64,000 nucleotides of DNA from Nitrospiraceae bacterium (GCA_002726235.1 PBSN01000025.1:1-64000); one strand, 5' to 3'. Shown: positions 19,709 to 30,183, counted from the stretch's first letter. Program-made: numbers and translations. Notes: a model not told the origin generated them from the sequence alone.

Positions 19709-22700
19709 ATGTCTAAATTTTCAGGTCTCCAGGGATCACTCATAGGTGCGGTTGGATTGTTCCTTTTTGCCGGACTCGCCTTGCTTATCTTGATTATTCT
19801 TCCCCGCCTCATTGGTATTGATTCCTATAAGGCGTATGTATTAGCCAAAATTGAGTCCCAGCTCGATAATGCCCTTCAAGTCTCGGACATTTCTCTCAGT
19901 GTGTTTCCAAGAACACGAGTCGATTTGGAGCACATCGCTCTCCTAGACCCTGTGAGCGCAATACCAGTATTCTCCGCTGATCGCCTCACCCTTGATCTAA
20001 GTTTGTTGTCACTGCTACGCAGGGAAATTGTGGTGAAACGCTTGGAGTTGGATCGTCCACGGCTCAATCTCCATAGCGAGCACCTTGAACACCTTCACTT
20101 TTCAGACCTTTTTTCTAGTGAAGGTAACGGCAGAACACCCATGGTTAATGTCCTGATGTTTTCCTCAAGTGTGAGGGAGGTGGCGGTCCGAAACGGACAG
20201 ATCGGTATCACGCCACATGGGCAAAACGGCGGCATGCCCGACATACAGATCGACCGGGTAAACCTGACCGTCATCACCCCAAACCCTGGAACGCCATCGA
20301 AATTCTCGATGAGAGGAATTCTGCCGCATGACAATGACCATGCCAAAATCCATGTAACAGGAAAGTTTTCATCAGAGACCATACAGCCATCACCATCCAC
20401 TGGAGCACAACACGAGTACCGGCTGGTCGGGACGACGCGCATCTCGTCGCTAGACCTCGCTCGTCTTCACCCATACCTTGGAACCAATGATGATGAAGAA
20501 TTCTATGGCCTAGCTGATCTTGAAGGTACGGTGGCGGGTACCCTCACCTCAACGTCTCGGCGACTGAGTATTCAGGATATCAGCCTTCATTTGAAAACTG
20601 GGAACCTCACCGGATCTATAGCGTTCCAACAGACTAACGACGAACCCTGGACAGTCCAAGGCGAGGTCAATACGTCTCCATTCAATATTCAAACAGTACT
20701 CACTGTGTTTTCACCTCACCTCGATAAGACGACATTCTATGACACAGTGGCTGAATCTGAGGTATCAGGAAACGTGCGTATTGTTCAAGCTTCTGTTTCC
20801 AGCGTCCTAAACATGATCCCCCCATCTGATATCGCAGTGACAGCCGAGTTTGAACTTAAAGACATGCATGGCAGGCTCTTCGAAAAAACATTTGAAAACA
20901 TCAACGCATCGGTGATTCTGCAGGATGACACATTAGAACTTCGGTCGCTTTCTGGACGGTATGGTAAAACTGACGTTCTACGAGGCATTGGAATTGTCAC
21001 TGCTTTGCATGACGAGGCAGATATCGACTCAACCATTACGTTCATGGTGCCTACCTCTGAATTTATGGATCATTTGGGAGCAGATGCCCCACGACAAGAA
21101 GAACAAGAAGGGTCCGAGAATATTTGGGAATATGGATCCCCCACAGGCAACGGAATTTTAACATTAGAGATACTGGGATCTCTTCACTCTGATGACCTGG
21201 AGTTTGAAGGAGTGTTTCAAAGTCGAGGCATGGGATTCCATAGCGCCTGGTTGGGATTACCAGTCTCAAAGCTTTTCGGACAATTGTCTTTCTCGCCCGA
21301 TGGCATCAAGCTGAAGAAGGCGAAAGGCAGAATAGGACGGTCACGCGTACAGGTCAACGCACATTTTGCCGAAGATGATTCAACTGTTCAACTCCAATCA
21401 CACGCAGACGCAAAAGAACTCGTAAGCTTTCTTCTTTCAAAAACCGGTTTTTCTCCGCTTTCGCCAGACATACTTATCCAAGGGACGACATCTTTAAATC
21501 TCAAGATGGACCAGCATGCCAATGACACCGTGATCTCCGCGAAGCTCGACTTGAAAAAAACGGGATATCACAGGGAATCCGGCATCAGCAAGCCAGTAGG
21601 TGTTGCAGCGAGTGCTGATGCTGATGTGGTACTACAAGGAGATACACAGGTGAAGATCCAACGAATAAGGTTTGGTCTTGCGCCACTTCTTCTCACGGCT
21701 TCGGGCCATATCGCGCTCACGGCACCACCTCAGTATTCCTTTTCGGTCGCGAGTAACCCAGTCAGGCTCGATGAATTTCATGAACGAGCCCCGCGTGTCA
21801 CCGTTCGAGGCCTTCACCCAGAGGCCGGGTTATTCAAAACAAGGCTGAACATCACAGGAGTTGGAATGGAACGAAAGGCGATGAAAATTGAAGGGAAGGC
21901 CTCTTTGCTTCATGGCCGGATAAGTGTTCCTGAAACACCTGGAGCGAAGCCGCTCACTATTGGGGATGTTAACACCGCCATACAATTTAGCCACAAAGAT
22001 GACGGCCGCATAGAAATCAGAGAATTTTCTGCGGCATTCAACAACTCTTCAGTGCATATCACCGGAGAGGTAACGGGGCTTCACACCTTGCCTCGCATTC
22101 AGGTGTCCATTGATGCTCCGCAATTTGACTTTGAGTCAGTCATTCCCCAGAACAAATCATCACCACTTCGAGAACTGATCACCTCGCTCAGTCGCACGAC
22201 CATTCTTCAGTCCGATATCCATGTTGAAGAGGCTCAGTACCACGGTGTGGTGTGGAGCGATATACATCTAGCGGCCACTGGGATGGGGGGCGTGATCACT
22301 CTCGAAGTTCGCAAAGCGCAGAGCGGTGACGGAAACCTCCAAGCGCACGCGACTATTCACATGCCGAAGAATGCATCAATTCAAATGAATGGCCACACAC
22401 AATTCACGGCCGTTCCGGCACAGGATATCGTGACACTTCTCGGCGGAAATGAACGCCTGATGTTTGGCCATGCGAATATTAAAGGAGAGCTTGCCGGAAA
22501 TGGGGGTCATAAAGATGGCGTGTCAGCGACGCTCGATGGGCAAGTTCACCTCGCGCTTTCCGATGGACGAATTCGAAAATTCACGGCGCTGTCAAAGATG
22601 CTGAATCTTTTGAACCTTCCTCAACTCCTTTCAGGACATGTCCCTGATTTGTCATCGAAAGGATTGGCCTTTGACTCCATTGAATCCACACTGGTCATAA

Positions 22701-23077
22701 AGAAGGGAATCGTGACCATCGAGAACCTCTCCATAAATAGTCCGATCATGAAAATCGGAGGAGTGGGACACTACGACATCCCGAACGACAACGTAAATGT
22801 CGTAATGGCAATGAGTCCGCTCGGATCATATGAGAATATCCTCAATAAAATTCCAGTTCTTAACAAGATCTTTGCCGGTGGAAATCAACGACGCGGGATA
22901 TTGACAACGCTTTTTGAAGTTAAAGGCCCCCTCAACGATCCCCAAGTAACGGTGATGCCAGGCGAGTCGGTAACCTCTGGTCTCACGGGTCTCGGAGAAT
23001 TAGCATTCGATATTTTGAGAAATACAATCCTTCTCCCAAAAGAACTCATTGCGCCAACAGTTCCAAGCAAACAGTAG
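19709..23077 (+). CDS. AsmA-like (repeating beta-groove) envelope protein
   Basis: N-terminal TM anchor, AsmA-type start (LLSLLRREIVVKRLELDRPRL), beta-rich, C-terminal 'F.V.GPL.DP.V' AsmA_2-like end. Confidence 0.75.
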   Translation: MSKFSGLQGSLIGAVGLFLFAGLALLILIILPRLIGIDSYKAYVLAKIESQLDNALQVSDISLSVFPRTRVDLEHIALLDPVSAIPVFSADRLTLDLSLLSLLRREIVVKRLELDRPRLNLHSEHLEHLHFSDLFSSEGNGRTPMVNVLMFSSSVREVAVRNGQIGITPHGQNGGMPDIQIDRVNLTVITPNPGTPSKFSMRGILPHDNDHAKIHVTGKFSSETIQPSPSTGAQHEYRLVGTTRISSLDLARLHPYLGTNDDEEFYGLADLEGTVAGTLTSTSRRLSIQDISLHLKTGNLTGSIAFQQTNDEPWTVQGEVNTSPFNIQTVLTVFSPHLDKTTFYDTVAESEVSGNVRIVQASVSSVLNMIPPSDIAVTAEFELKDMHGRLFEKTFENINASVILQDDTLELRSLSGRYGKTDVLRGIGIVTALHDEADIDSTITFMVPTSEFMDHLGADAPRQEEQEGSENIWEYGSPTGNGILTLEILGSLHSDDLEFEGVFQSRGMGFHSAWLGLPVSKLFGQLSFSPDGIKLKKAKGRIGRSRVQVNAHFAEDDSTVQLQSHADAKELVSFLLSKTGFSPLSPDILIQGTTSLNLKMDQHANDTVISAKLDLKKTGYHRESGISKPVGVAASADADVVLQGDTQVKIQRIRFGLAPLLLTASGHIALTAPPQYSFSVASNPVRLDEFHERAPRVTVRGLHPEAGLFKTRLNITGVGMERKAMKIEGKASLLHGRISVPETPGAKPLTIGDVNTAIQFSHKDDGRIEIREFSAAFNNSSVHITGEVTGLHTLPRIQVSIDAPQFDFESVIPQNKSSPLRELITSLSRTTILQSDIHVEEAQYHGVVWSDIHLAATGMGGVITLEVRKAQSGDGNLQAHATIHMPKNASIQMNGHTQFTAVPAQDIVTLLGGNERLMFGHANIKGELAGNGGHKDGVSATLDGQVHLALSDGRIRKFTALSKMLNLLNLPQLLSGHVPDLSSKGLAFDSIESTLVIKKGIVTIENLSINSPIMKIGGVGHYDIPNDNVNVVMAMSPLGSYENILNKIPVLNKIFAGGNQRRGILTTLFEVKGPLNDPQVTVMPGESVTSGLTGLGELAFDILRNTILLPKELIAPTVPSKQ

Positions 23078-23567
23078 CGGGCATCGCATCAAGATGTTCA
23101 TTGATTAAACTCTCAAGATCAGGGTGTGTAGTCAAACGCAGTGCCTCTACATAGCTCACACACGCAGCATCCAAGTGTCCTTGATTTTGGAGCAACTCGC
23201 CTATGTTGTTTAGCGCTTGAGCTTTGGTTTCTGGATGCTGTGTCAGTATGAGAACTTCTTCAAATTTCGCCTGAGCAACCATTGTATCGCCAAGTGTAGT
23301 GAGCGCTAATCCTATGTTTCCCAAGGCGGCGGCTTTCATTTCCGGATCCTCTGCGATGCTAAGGACTTCCTCGTACGATCTGATCGCAGCTTCAGGATCC
23401 CCACCAATATGGAGATTGACTCCACTATCAAGGAGTGCAAGGGCGCGGTTCCCGTCCGCACGTTCAGACCATGTTTCACAACCCGCTCCGAAAAATAGTG
23501 GCAGAGCGACAAACATGCTTGTCGCGAACAAGGAGAACCAATTTGGCATCACGTGCGCGGGAATCAT
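23046..23567 (-). CDS. Small TPR (lipo)protein
   Basis: Signal with FGAGC; ~37-aa TPR-like repeats (AAALGNIG, AQALNNIG). Confidence 0.65.
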   Translation of the reverse strand: MIPAHVMPNWFSLFATSMFVALPLFFGAGCETWSERADGNRALALLDSGVNLHIGGDPEAAIRSYEEVLSIAEDPEMKAAALGNIGLALTTLGDTMVAQAKFEEVLILTQHPETKAQALNNIGELLQNQGHLDAACVSYVEALRLTTHPDLESLINEHLDAMPATVCLELLAQ

Positions 23568-23944
23568 CGGAAGCCTCTGCCCCCACCGCCACCGCCAGAG
23601 GAAAATCCGCCTCCACCACCGGAACTAAATCCTCTGCGTGACGATCGGCCTTCCCCGGAGCTTGCACGGCCTCCTCGAAACGATCGGCCGTGTGAACCTC
23701 TACTACGTCCACCATCATGCAAGTGCCCGTAATAGCCATAATAGGGATACCCATAATAAGGATACCCGTAATAGGGATAGTAGGCGTAATAGTCGTGTGG
23801 ATAATAAAAATATGGGAAGGACCTTTCAGGGTAGACGGAACGCTCCTCCTTGACCTGCGCGCGCTCGATCAGATGGCACCCCTGAAGCATCATGAGCATT
23901 CCGATGACGCCTCCTACCCGAAGCCATGTACTGTTCAATGCCAT
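23564..23944 (-). CDS. Tyr/Pro- and Gly/Arg/Ser-rich low-complexity lipoprotein
   Basis: Lipobox LQGC; YPYYG repeats; RGG/GGGGG tail; overlaps the next gene by 4 nt. Confidence 0.6.
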   Translation of the reverse strand: MALNSTWLRVGGVIGMLMMLQGCHLIERAQVKEERSVYPERSFPYFYYPHDYYAYYPYYGYPYYGYPYYGYYGHLHDGGRSRGSHGRSFRGGRASSGEGRSSRRGFSSGGGGGFSSGGGGGGRGFR

Positions 23945-23953
23945 AGGACTACG

Positions 23954-24748
23954 TTAGAAGTTCAATCGAAACGCGGCGCTAAATGATGCCTCGTCGATCA
24001 GACTGATTTCTAGATTAATCCCCGCTTTCTCTTGTTGATCGAAGAACAGCGTGGTGCCTGCAAATAGCCCAAAATTAGAGGTTTCTTCAAGATCTAGTTT
24101 TCGCCGATCTGCAGTTTCAAAACCGGCCCCGGGGCGAAAGGTAACCGTATCGCTCCCATCAACCCTGGAAAGCCGGATTCCACCATACGGACGATCGAGA
24201 ACCGGATGGACCATAGACACTCCAAGCTTCACTGTATATTCGGTCCATCGAATTTTCTCGTCTGCGACGCGGCGGACAAAACTTTCCTCTCCAGTCGTCC
24301 CATCGAAAACGAAATTGCTTGCAATCCTATCTTCCGCGTTAAACGTCAGTGCGCTAAAATCAGTGAAGGCGGAAAGTCTGGAGGGGCTGGGGGAGGTATA
24401 CCAATTGACCTTCAAGCCACCCCCGAGCATCACATCAACGTCTCCACGAAAATCATCAAATGCAGCCCCCCCTCTCAGATTGACCCCGCCAACGTTTCCA
24501 TACAATTGGACCCGATCTCCAAAGGTCCATCCAATTTCTGCAAGGACACGAGTCGAGTCGACGTTACCCTCTTGAACACCCGTTGCCGGATCGACGAGGG
24601 TTGTTTCCCCTTCTGCAGTTAATCCTTCTTCAGCAACGCTACGAGTAGTCACCCCAGCTCCGAATTCGATATAAGGGCCCGCAATGCTATAAGGTGCGCT
24701 AAAACACAGGAACAGAAGAACGGCAAGCGTAAGATGCATCAATGGCAT
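23954..24748 (-). CDS. Putative outer-membrane beta-barrel protein
   Basis: Signal peptide, alternating amphipathic strands, C-terminal AAFRLNF beta-signal. Confidence 0.65.
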   Translation of the reverse strand: MPLMHLTLAVLLFLCFSAPYSIAGPYIEFGAGVTTRSVAEEGLTAEGETTLVDPATGVQEGNVDSTRVLAEIGWTFGDRVQLYGNVGGVNLRGGAAFDDFRGDVDVMLGGGLKVNWYTSPSPSRLSAFTDFSALTFNAEDRIASNFVFDGTTGEESFVRRVADEKIRWTEYTVKLGVSMVHPVLDRPYGGIRLSRVDGSDTVTFRPGAGFETADRRKLDLEETSNFGLFAGTTLFFDQQEKAGINLEISLIDEASFSAAFRLNF

Positions 24749-24882
24749 GAAAAGGCAACCTAACCCTAGAAAAACTCTAGCAGAGTGCTGTCAGTGGTGT
24801 CGATAGGACAACGTAACATGGGGATTTGGTTGATCTTTCTGTCCAACCCCAAAAGGGCTTGTGCTGAGTGAAAACGTATTCC

Positions 24883-24911
24883 TTTAACTTCTGATCGTTA
24901 TCTAGTATACT
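24883..24911 (+). promoter_or_regulatory. Putative sigma70 promoter for the desaturase pair
   Basis: TTTAAC-N17-TATACT. Confidence 0.45.
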
Positions 24912-25035
24912 GACCGGATTTTGCGGTGTGAAACTTTAGGGATTCTCTGCCTCGGCCAGCCTGCCAGCTAGGAGCGAAAGCCTCGCTACTGCCCGTCTGA
25001 GATGCCTATTTGCTAAAAAATAAGGAAACGAACGA

Positions 25036-25932
25036 ATGCCTGAAAAAGATACACGCTCTGAAAATTACCCGACGCTTATGCAGGCAGCAACAGCGTGTGT
25101 CTTTTGGACGGTACACCTCACATGTCTTTTAGCCATCTGGGTTGGTGTCAGCTGGGTTGCGGTCGCAGTCTGCCTTGCCCTATACGGCATCCGAATGTTC
25201 GCCATCACTGGGGGATATCATCGATATTTTTCGCACCGAAGTTTCCAGACAAGCCGTCCTTTTCAATTTGTGTTAGCACTGCTAGGTTGTACATCGGCGC
25301 AAAAAGGCCCAATATGGTGGGCTTCGCATCACCGGCATCACCACAAGTATTCCGATACTGAAAACGATGTCCATTCCCCAAAGGTATCCGGCCTCTATCA
25401 TGCCCACATGGGTTGGGTACTCAGTAAGCAATACAAACACACGGAAACTGCCCTAGTGAAAGATCTCGACAGGTTCCCAGAACTGCAATTCCTTGGGCGT
25501 CTATACATGCTTCCACCAATTCTCCTCGCGACCGCCACGTATTATTTAGGGGCGGGGTTGGATAACGCGTTTCCTGCACTTCAGACCTCCGGGCCGCAGA
25601 TGCTTGTGTGGGGATTTTTCGTGAGCACTGTACTGCTCTACCATGGGACGTTCTCTATCAACTCGTTCACACATCTGATTGGGAAGCAACGCTTTAACAC
25701 AAGCGACGACAGCCGCAATCATTGGCTGTTAGCATTAATCACATTGGGGGAAGGCTGGCACAACAACCACCATCGATATCCAGGTTCCGAGCGCCAAGGA
25801 ATGTATTGGTGGGAAATTGATATGACGCACTATGGACTTGTGGTACTCTCGAAAATCGGGCTTGTGTGGGACCTGCGCTCATATCCACAGATAATATATG
25901 CAGAGGCCGCATCCAATCGACTAGCAGCGTAA
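25036..25932 (+). CDS. Acyl-CoA / membrane fatty acid desaturase (delta9-like)
   Basis: His boxes HRYFSH, HRHHH, GEGWHNNHH; WWEID. Confidence 0.93.
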   Translation: MPEKDTRSENYPTLMQAATACVFWTVHLTCLLAIWVGVSWVAVAVCLALYGIRMFAITGGYHRYFSHRSFQTSRPFQFVLALLGCTSAQKGPIWWASHHRHHHKYSDTENDVHSPKVSGLYHAHMGWVLSKQYKHTETALVKDLDRFPELQFLGRLYMLPPILLATATYYLGAGLDNAFPALQTSGPQMLVWGFFVSTVLLYHGTFSINSFTHLIGKQRFNTSDDSRNHWLLALITLGEGWHNNHHRYPGSERQGMYWWEIDMTHYGLVVLSKIGLVWDLRSYPQIIYAEAASNRLAA

Positions 25933-25938
25933 TTCAAT

Positions 25939-27075
25939 ATGAGGAACGAAAAAATGAACAAACCACCACTTATTGTAACGCGTGCATTGATATTGTTTGG
26001 CACACCATTATTAGCAGTCACACTTGTCCCGTATTATGGTTTCCACGTCGGATTTGGTGTATTCGAATGGAGCATGGGCGTGCTGTTTGGCATCATGACA
26101 TTACATTCTATCTCGGCCGGCTATCACCGTCTGTGGTCCCATAAGGCCTACCAAGCACATGCCATTGTGCGCCTATTCTATGCAATTTGTGGCGCCTGCA
26201 CCATTCAGAACAGTATTCTGCATTGGTCCTCCGATCATCGAAATCATCACAAGTTCGTTGATAACCAAGATCGCGACCCCTATGCTGCAACACGGGGATT
26301 TTGGTTTTCACACATGGGGTGGATGATTCGTGATTACAAAAGTGGAAAAGTTGATTTCTCGAACGTGAAAGATTTGGTTCGAGACCCTATCGTGATGTGG
26401 CAACACAAATACTATATCGAACTCGTGCTGGTAACAAACGTTGGCCTTCCGCTTCTACTCGGATACCTGTTTGGATCGGCTTTGGGGGTATTTCTCCTTG
26501 CTGGTGTATTGCGATTGGTTGTCATACACCATTTTACCTTCCTCATTAACTCCCTTGCCCATATATGGGGAAGTCAGCCCTACTCTGATACAAACTCCTC
26601 CCGTGACAGTCTGGTCCTCGCACTGTTGACCTTTGGTGAGGGATATCATAACTATCACCACAGTTTTCAAGGTGATTACAGAAACGGGATACGATGGTGG
26701 CATTTTGATCCGACAAAATGGATCATTACAGCCCTCGCCTGGGTTGGGCTAACCAGCCGATTGAAACGGGCACCTCAGCTCCACATCGAAAAAGCACGCC
26801 TGGCGATGCAATACAATCATGCCCTGCGAAAGGCGGCACATCTTCAGGAAGCGGACCGATGGTGCCAACATCTCGAGGAGCGATACGCGCAATTTCTAGT
26901 TGCCCTAGAAGAATGGGCAACGTTTAAACGGGAATGGTACCGGAGCAAGAAAGACGAACTCTTAGCCACCATAGAACGTGCGGAATTAAAACAGAGATAT
27001 GCCGAACTCAAACGGAATGTAAAGTTTCAGCGCCAAGAGTGGCACCTCCTTACCTCACAACTTGCCGCAACCTAG
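25939..27075 (+). CDS. Acyl-CoA desaturase with C-terminal helical extension
   Basis: His boxes HRLWSH, HRNHH, GEGYHNYHH; INSLAH, DPTKW; ~100-aa helical tail. Confidence 0.93.
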   Translation: MRNEKMNKPPLIVTRALILFGTPLLAVTLVPYYGFHVGFGVFEWSMGVLFGIMTLHSISAGYHRLWSHKAYQAHAIVRLFYAICGACTIQNSILHWSSDHRNHHKFVDNQDRDPYAATRGFWFSHMGWMIRDYKSGKVDFSNVKDLVRDPIVMWQHKYYIELVLVTNVGLPLLLGYLFGSALGVFLLAGVLRLVVIHHFTFLINSLAHIWGSQPYSDTNSSRDSLVLALLTFGEGYHNYHHSFQGDYRNGIRWWHFDPTKWIITALAWVGLTSRLKRAPQLHIEKARLAMQYNHALRKAAHLQEADRWCQHLEERYAQFLVALEEWATFKREWYRSKKDELLATIERAELKQRYAELKRNVKFQRQEWHLLTSQLAAT

Positions 27076-27190
27076 CGGGGTGGTGAAAAAGGTCCCAGCA
27101 GCCTTCTCACCCCGTTGTCGTGCGCCAATACCAAGTGTGCTCCACGCACCAACGACCCTACAGCAGTTCTGAGTTTTTAACAGTCTTCTA
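27073..27190 (+). repeat. Dispersed TIR element, copy 2
   Basis: tagcggggtggtgaaaaaggtcc...ttgtcgtgc...aacgaccctac...tttttaacagtcttcta; begins at the desaturase TAG stop. Confidence 0.55.
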
Positions 27191-27281
27191 ATCCTCTTCT
27201 CGCACTACCCCCCGCGTGAGATGAGTTTCACACTCGCATAGATCATCCCATGCATACGAAAGAATGGCATTGGAAAAGAGA

Positions 27282-27650
27282 TTACGTTTTACTCGGAACT
27301 TGGCGGCTAATCAGCGTTGCAATTCCTTCAAAGGTGCCGAAGCAGGGAAATAGGGTAATTGCAAGGTGAGGATATTGATTGGTCAATCGAGCAACAATTT
27401 CCGGAATATCTCTCAGTACATGCCTGCCCGAGTTCAAGAAATAGGGCAAGATATATATTGTCGTTGCCCCCTTAGCAATTACATGCTCCACCGTCTCGAC
27501 GAGTGACGGGACCGCAATTTCAAGGAAACAATAGTCAACGAAGTCGTATTTCGCTCCTGCATCGGCTTTCACACTCTTCACCAGTGCAATAAATTCTGCG
27601 TTAGCTTCTCTTCTCCGACTCCCATGAGCAATCATGACTAGGGCTTTCAT
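27282..27650 (-). CDS. Short CbiX/SirB class II chelatase
   Basis: HGSRR..AN, FLE...P, PYFL.SGRH...DIP; single domain, 122 aa. Confidence 0.85.
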   Translation of the reverse strand: MKALVMIAHGSRRREANAEFIALVKSVKADAGAKYDFVDYCFLEIAVPSLVETVEHVIAKGATTIYILPYFLNSGRHVLRDIPEIVARLTNQYPHLAITLFPCFGTFEGIATLISRQVPSKT

Positions 27651-27751
27651 CTGCGCCTCAACTCGACGTACTGCCCCCTACACCATGTACTAGGCACAAG
27701 CACAGTTTCATCGCAGTGGTAGATGTACACACGCCTGCATTGCATTTCGTG

Positions 27752-28603
27752 TTATCCACATCGCGTAGCTTCCCACATCAACATTGCCTTCTTGCGAACC
27801 TTCCCCCATCGATAGTTTCCAATCGCACCTGTACTTTGAATCACTCTATGGCAAGGAATCAAGAATGACACGGGATTAGCTCCTACCGCATTCCCGACCG
27901 CTCGTACGGCTTTAGGGTGACCAATCGCGGTTGCGATATGTTGATATGTTACGAGGTGGCCTACTGGAATCCCTAACAATGCCTCCCAAACCTTTAGTTG
28001 AAAGTTCGTCCCCCGAAGAAAAAGGTGTGAGTAAAGTACGTGTTGATTATCGGTTCTCGAAAAGATTCTATGCAGATACGGTTTTGTCTCGTTCATATTT
28101 TTCTGCAACCTGGCGCAAGGCCATCGTCGTTGCAAATCATGCACTAGTGCCTCTGCGTCGCCATTGTCGGAGAATGATAGGTGAATAATTCTTCTTTTTG
28201 TCAGTGCGAGCAAGCAATCTCCAAATATCGTCGGATACATGCCGTGGGAAATAGCTAATCCTTTTCCTCGTAATTTACACCATCCCTGCGCAGACACGTC
28301 GACATTCACCATATGGGCATGATGTTCTGAAACTCCAACCGCATATGAGGCATCCAGAACGCTCTGCAATTGGTCACGATAGGGCTCTGCAAAGTTTGGG
28401 GGCAGCGACGCAAGAACACGCTTCGAACTCACCCCTGCCCATCGCGCAAGCAGATGTTGTGTGTGGAACGGACTCAAAGCCAGCACTCCGGCGATATCGT
28501 CAAGGCTTAGCTAGCCTTTGGCATGGACATCAATCCAGCAGATGATTTGTTCGATACGATCATAATCAGTCCCATCTGAAATTTCGATATGCGAAGTTAG
28601 CAT
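27752..28603 (-). pseudogene. AraC-HTH + O6-methylguanine-DNA methyltransferase (Ada-like), interrupted by an in-frame TAG
   Basis: ATG 28603 gives MLTSHIEISDGTDYDRIEQIICWIDVHAKG*LSLDDIAGVLALSPFH; TAG at 28511-28513. C-terminal GTNFQ.KVW.AL, RAVG.AVG.NP, IPCHRV intact. Confidence 0.75.
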
Positions 28604-28862
28604 GTCCCAAATTATATCATCGGAAAACTGTTGCTCCCCAAGAACATTCCACAACCTTTTTCTACACCCACAATATCGTTCTGTTCATCGTTCAATTCGC
28701 TGTACCGAAATGCAAAAACCTCATCGAAAGTTTTCGAGTTTCCTAGATAACTCTTTGGGGTGAGGAAAGCGTTGCCGTACACGGCGAAAAGTATGCTCTG
28801 AATTGCCAGATGCAGTACGCTTTGTTAGTCTGGATCGCGTTACGAAAGAAAGGGAAGAGTCT

Positions 28863-30122
28863 GTGATTAAAGCGATTAAAGGAGTCAAAGATATTCTGCC
28901 GGATGATGCGTTGGTGTGGCAGAAGATCGAGTCTGTCGCACGTGATGTGTTTTATCGATATGGGTATCAGGAGATCCGAATTCCGATCTTCGAACAGACA
29001 GAACTGTTTGCTCGGAGTATTGGGGCTGATACAGATATCGTTGGGAAAGAAATGTACACGTTTCCTGATCGCGACGGCACCTCCTTAACTCTCCGGCCTG
29101 AAGGAACAGCCAGCGTAGTTCGAGCATACATCGAGCATTCACTTCATCAGCACGCCAGAATGTGGAAGTTGTTCTACTTCGGCCCAATGTTCCGACATGA
29201 GCGACCTCAGGCCGGGAGGCTTCGGCAATTTCACCAAGCTGGAGTGGAGGTATTTGGATATTCAGAACCGCATGTCGATGTTGAGGTTATTGCACTACTT
29301 CATCGCTACTTCACGCAACTCGGAGTTCCCACATTTCGGACAAATGTGAACAGCTTGGGAGATGAAGCTTGCCGGCCTTCGTATCTGAAAGAGCTGAAAA
29401 AGTTTCTGGAAAAGATCGCAAACCTCTTGTGCGAAAACTGCGCTCGACGAGCCCAAACCAACCCTTTACGTGTGTTGGATTGCAAAGTCGAAAAATGCAA
29501 GGCTGTACTAACCGATGCTCCAATCATGCTTGACCATTTATGCGAGCATTGCCTGTTTCATTTTGATGCAGTGAAAGCGGGATTGGAGCAGCTTGAGATT
29601 CCTTACTCGCTCAATTCGAGATTGGTGCGAGGGCTAGACTACTACAACCGAACGGCATTTGAAGTGGTCAGTACGAACCTTGGCGCACAAGATGCGGTTG
29701 CGGCGGGCGGACGCTATGATGGCCTGGTCAAAGCGCTTGGTGGCCCTATGATTCCGGGTATCGGGTTTGCCATCGGTCTAGAACGGTTGGCCTTGTTGGT
29801 CAGGGAAACGGTAAATCATACCTCAAAGGTTGACATCTTTATTGTCGCACTTGGAGAAAACGCTATAAAGGAGATGCTTCCTGTGTTGGATTGGCTACGC
29901 ACTCAAGGTGTTGCAACTGATATGGATTATGCTGGCGGCAGCCTCAAGAGCCAAATGAAACAAGCGGATCGTGCGGGAGCGCGTTTGACGGTAATCGTTG
30001 GTGACGACGAGTTGAAAAAGCGGTCTGTGGTCGTTCGAGACATGCAGACGAAGGAGCAGCAGGACCTTGGTCTTTTGGATTTAGCCGCGACGCTTATCAA
30101 ACGATGTGCGGAGTTTCGATAA
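28863..30122 (+). CDS. hisS: Histidine--tRNA ligase
   Basis: KGVKDILP, DIVGKEMY.F, LRPEGTA, FRHERPQAGR.RQFHQ, LVRGLDYY, GGRYDGL; start GTG 28863. Confidence 0.97.
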   Translation: MIKAIKGVKDILPDDALVWQKIESVARDVFYRYGYQEIRIPIFEQTELFARSIGADTDIVGKEMYTFPDRDGTSLTLRPEGTASVVRAYIEHSLHQHARMWKLFYFGPMFRHERPQAGRLRQFHQAGVEVFGYSEPHVDVEVIALLHRYFTQLGVPTFRTNVNSLGDEACRPSYLKELKKFLEKIANLLCENCARRAQTNPLRVLDCKVEKCKAVLTDAPIMLDHLCEHCLFHFDAVKAGLEQLEIPYSLNSRLVRGLDYYNRTAFEVVSTNLGAQDAVAAGGRYDGLVKALGGPMIPGIGFAIGLERLALLVRETVNHTSKVDIFIVALGENAIKEMLPVLDWLRTQGVATDMDYAGGSLKSQMKQADRAGARLTVIVGDDELKKRSVVVRDMQTKEQQDLGLLDLAATLIKRCAEFR

Positions 30123-30183
30123 ACATCCTCAGCCTCTCTTGCAAAAGAGGCATTACCGAATGGATTGAATATTGAGCTTCATC

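Noticed and set aside
24912..25035. GC-rich leader of the desaturases as a possible riboswitch or thermometer
   Set aside because: Only a small stem (AGCGA/TCGCT); no known aptamer consensus recognised.
28511..28513. Pyrrolysine or amber readthrough in the Ada-like gene
   Set aside because: No pyl genes are visible, TAG ends many ordinary genes in this window, and the surrounding domain is degenerate.
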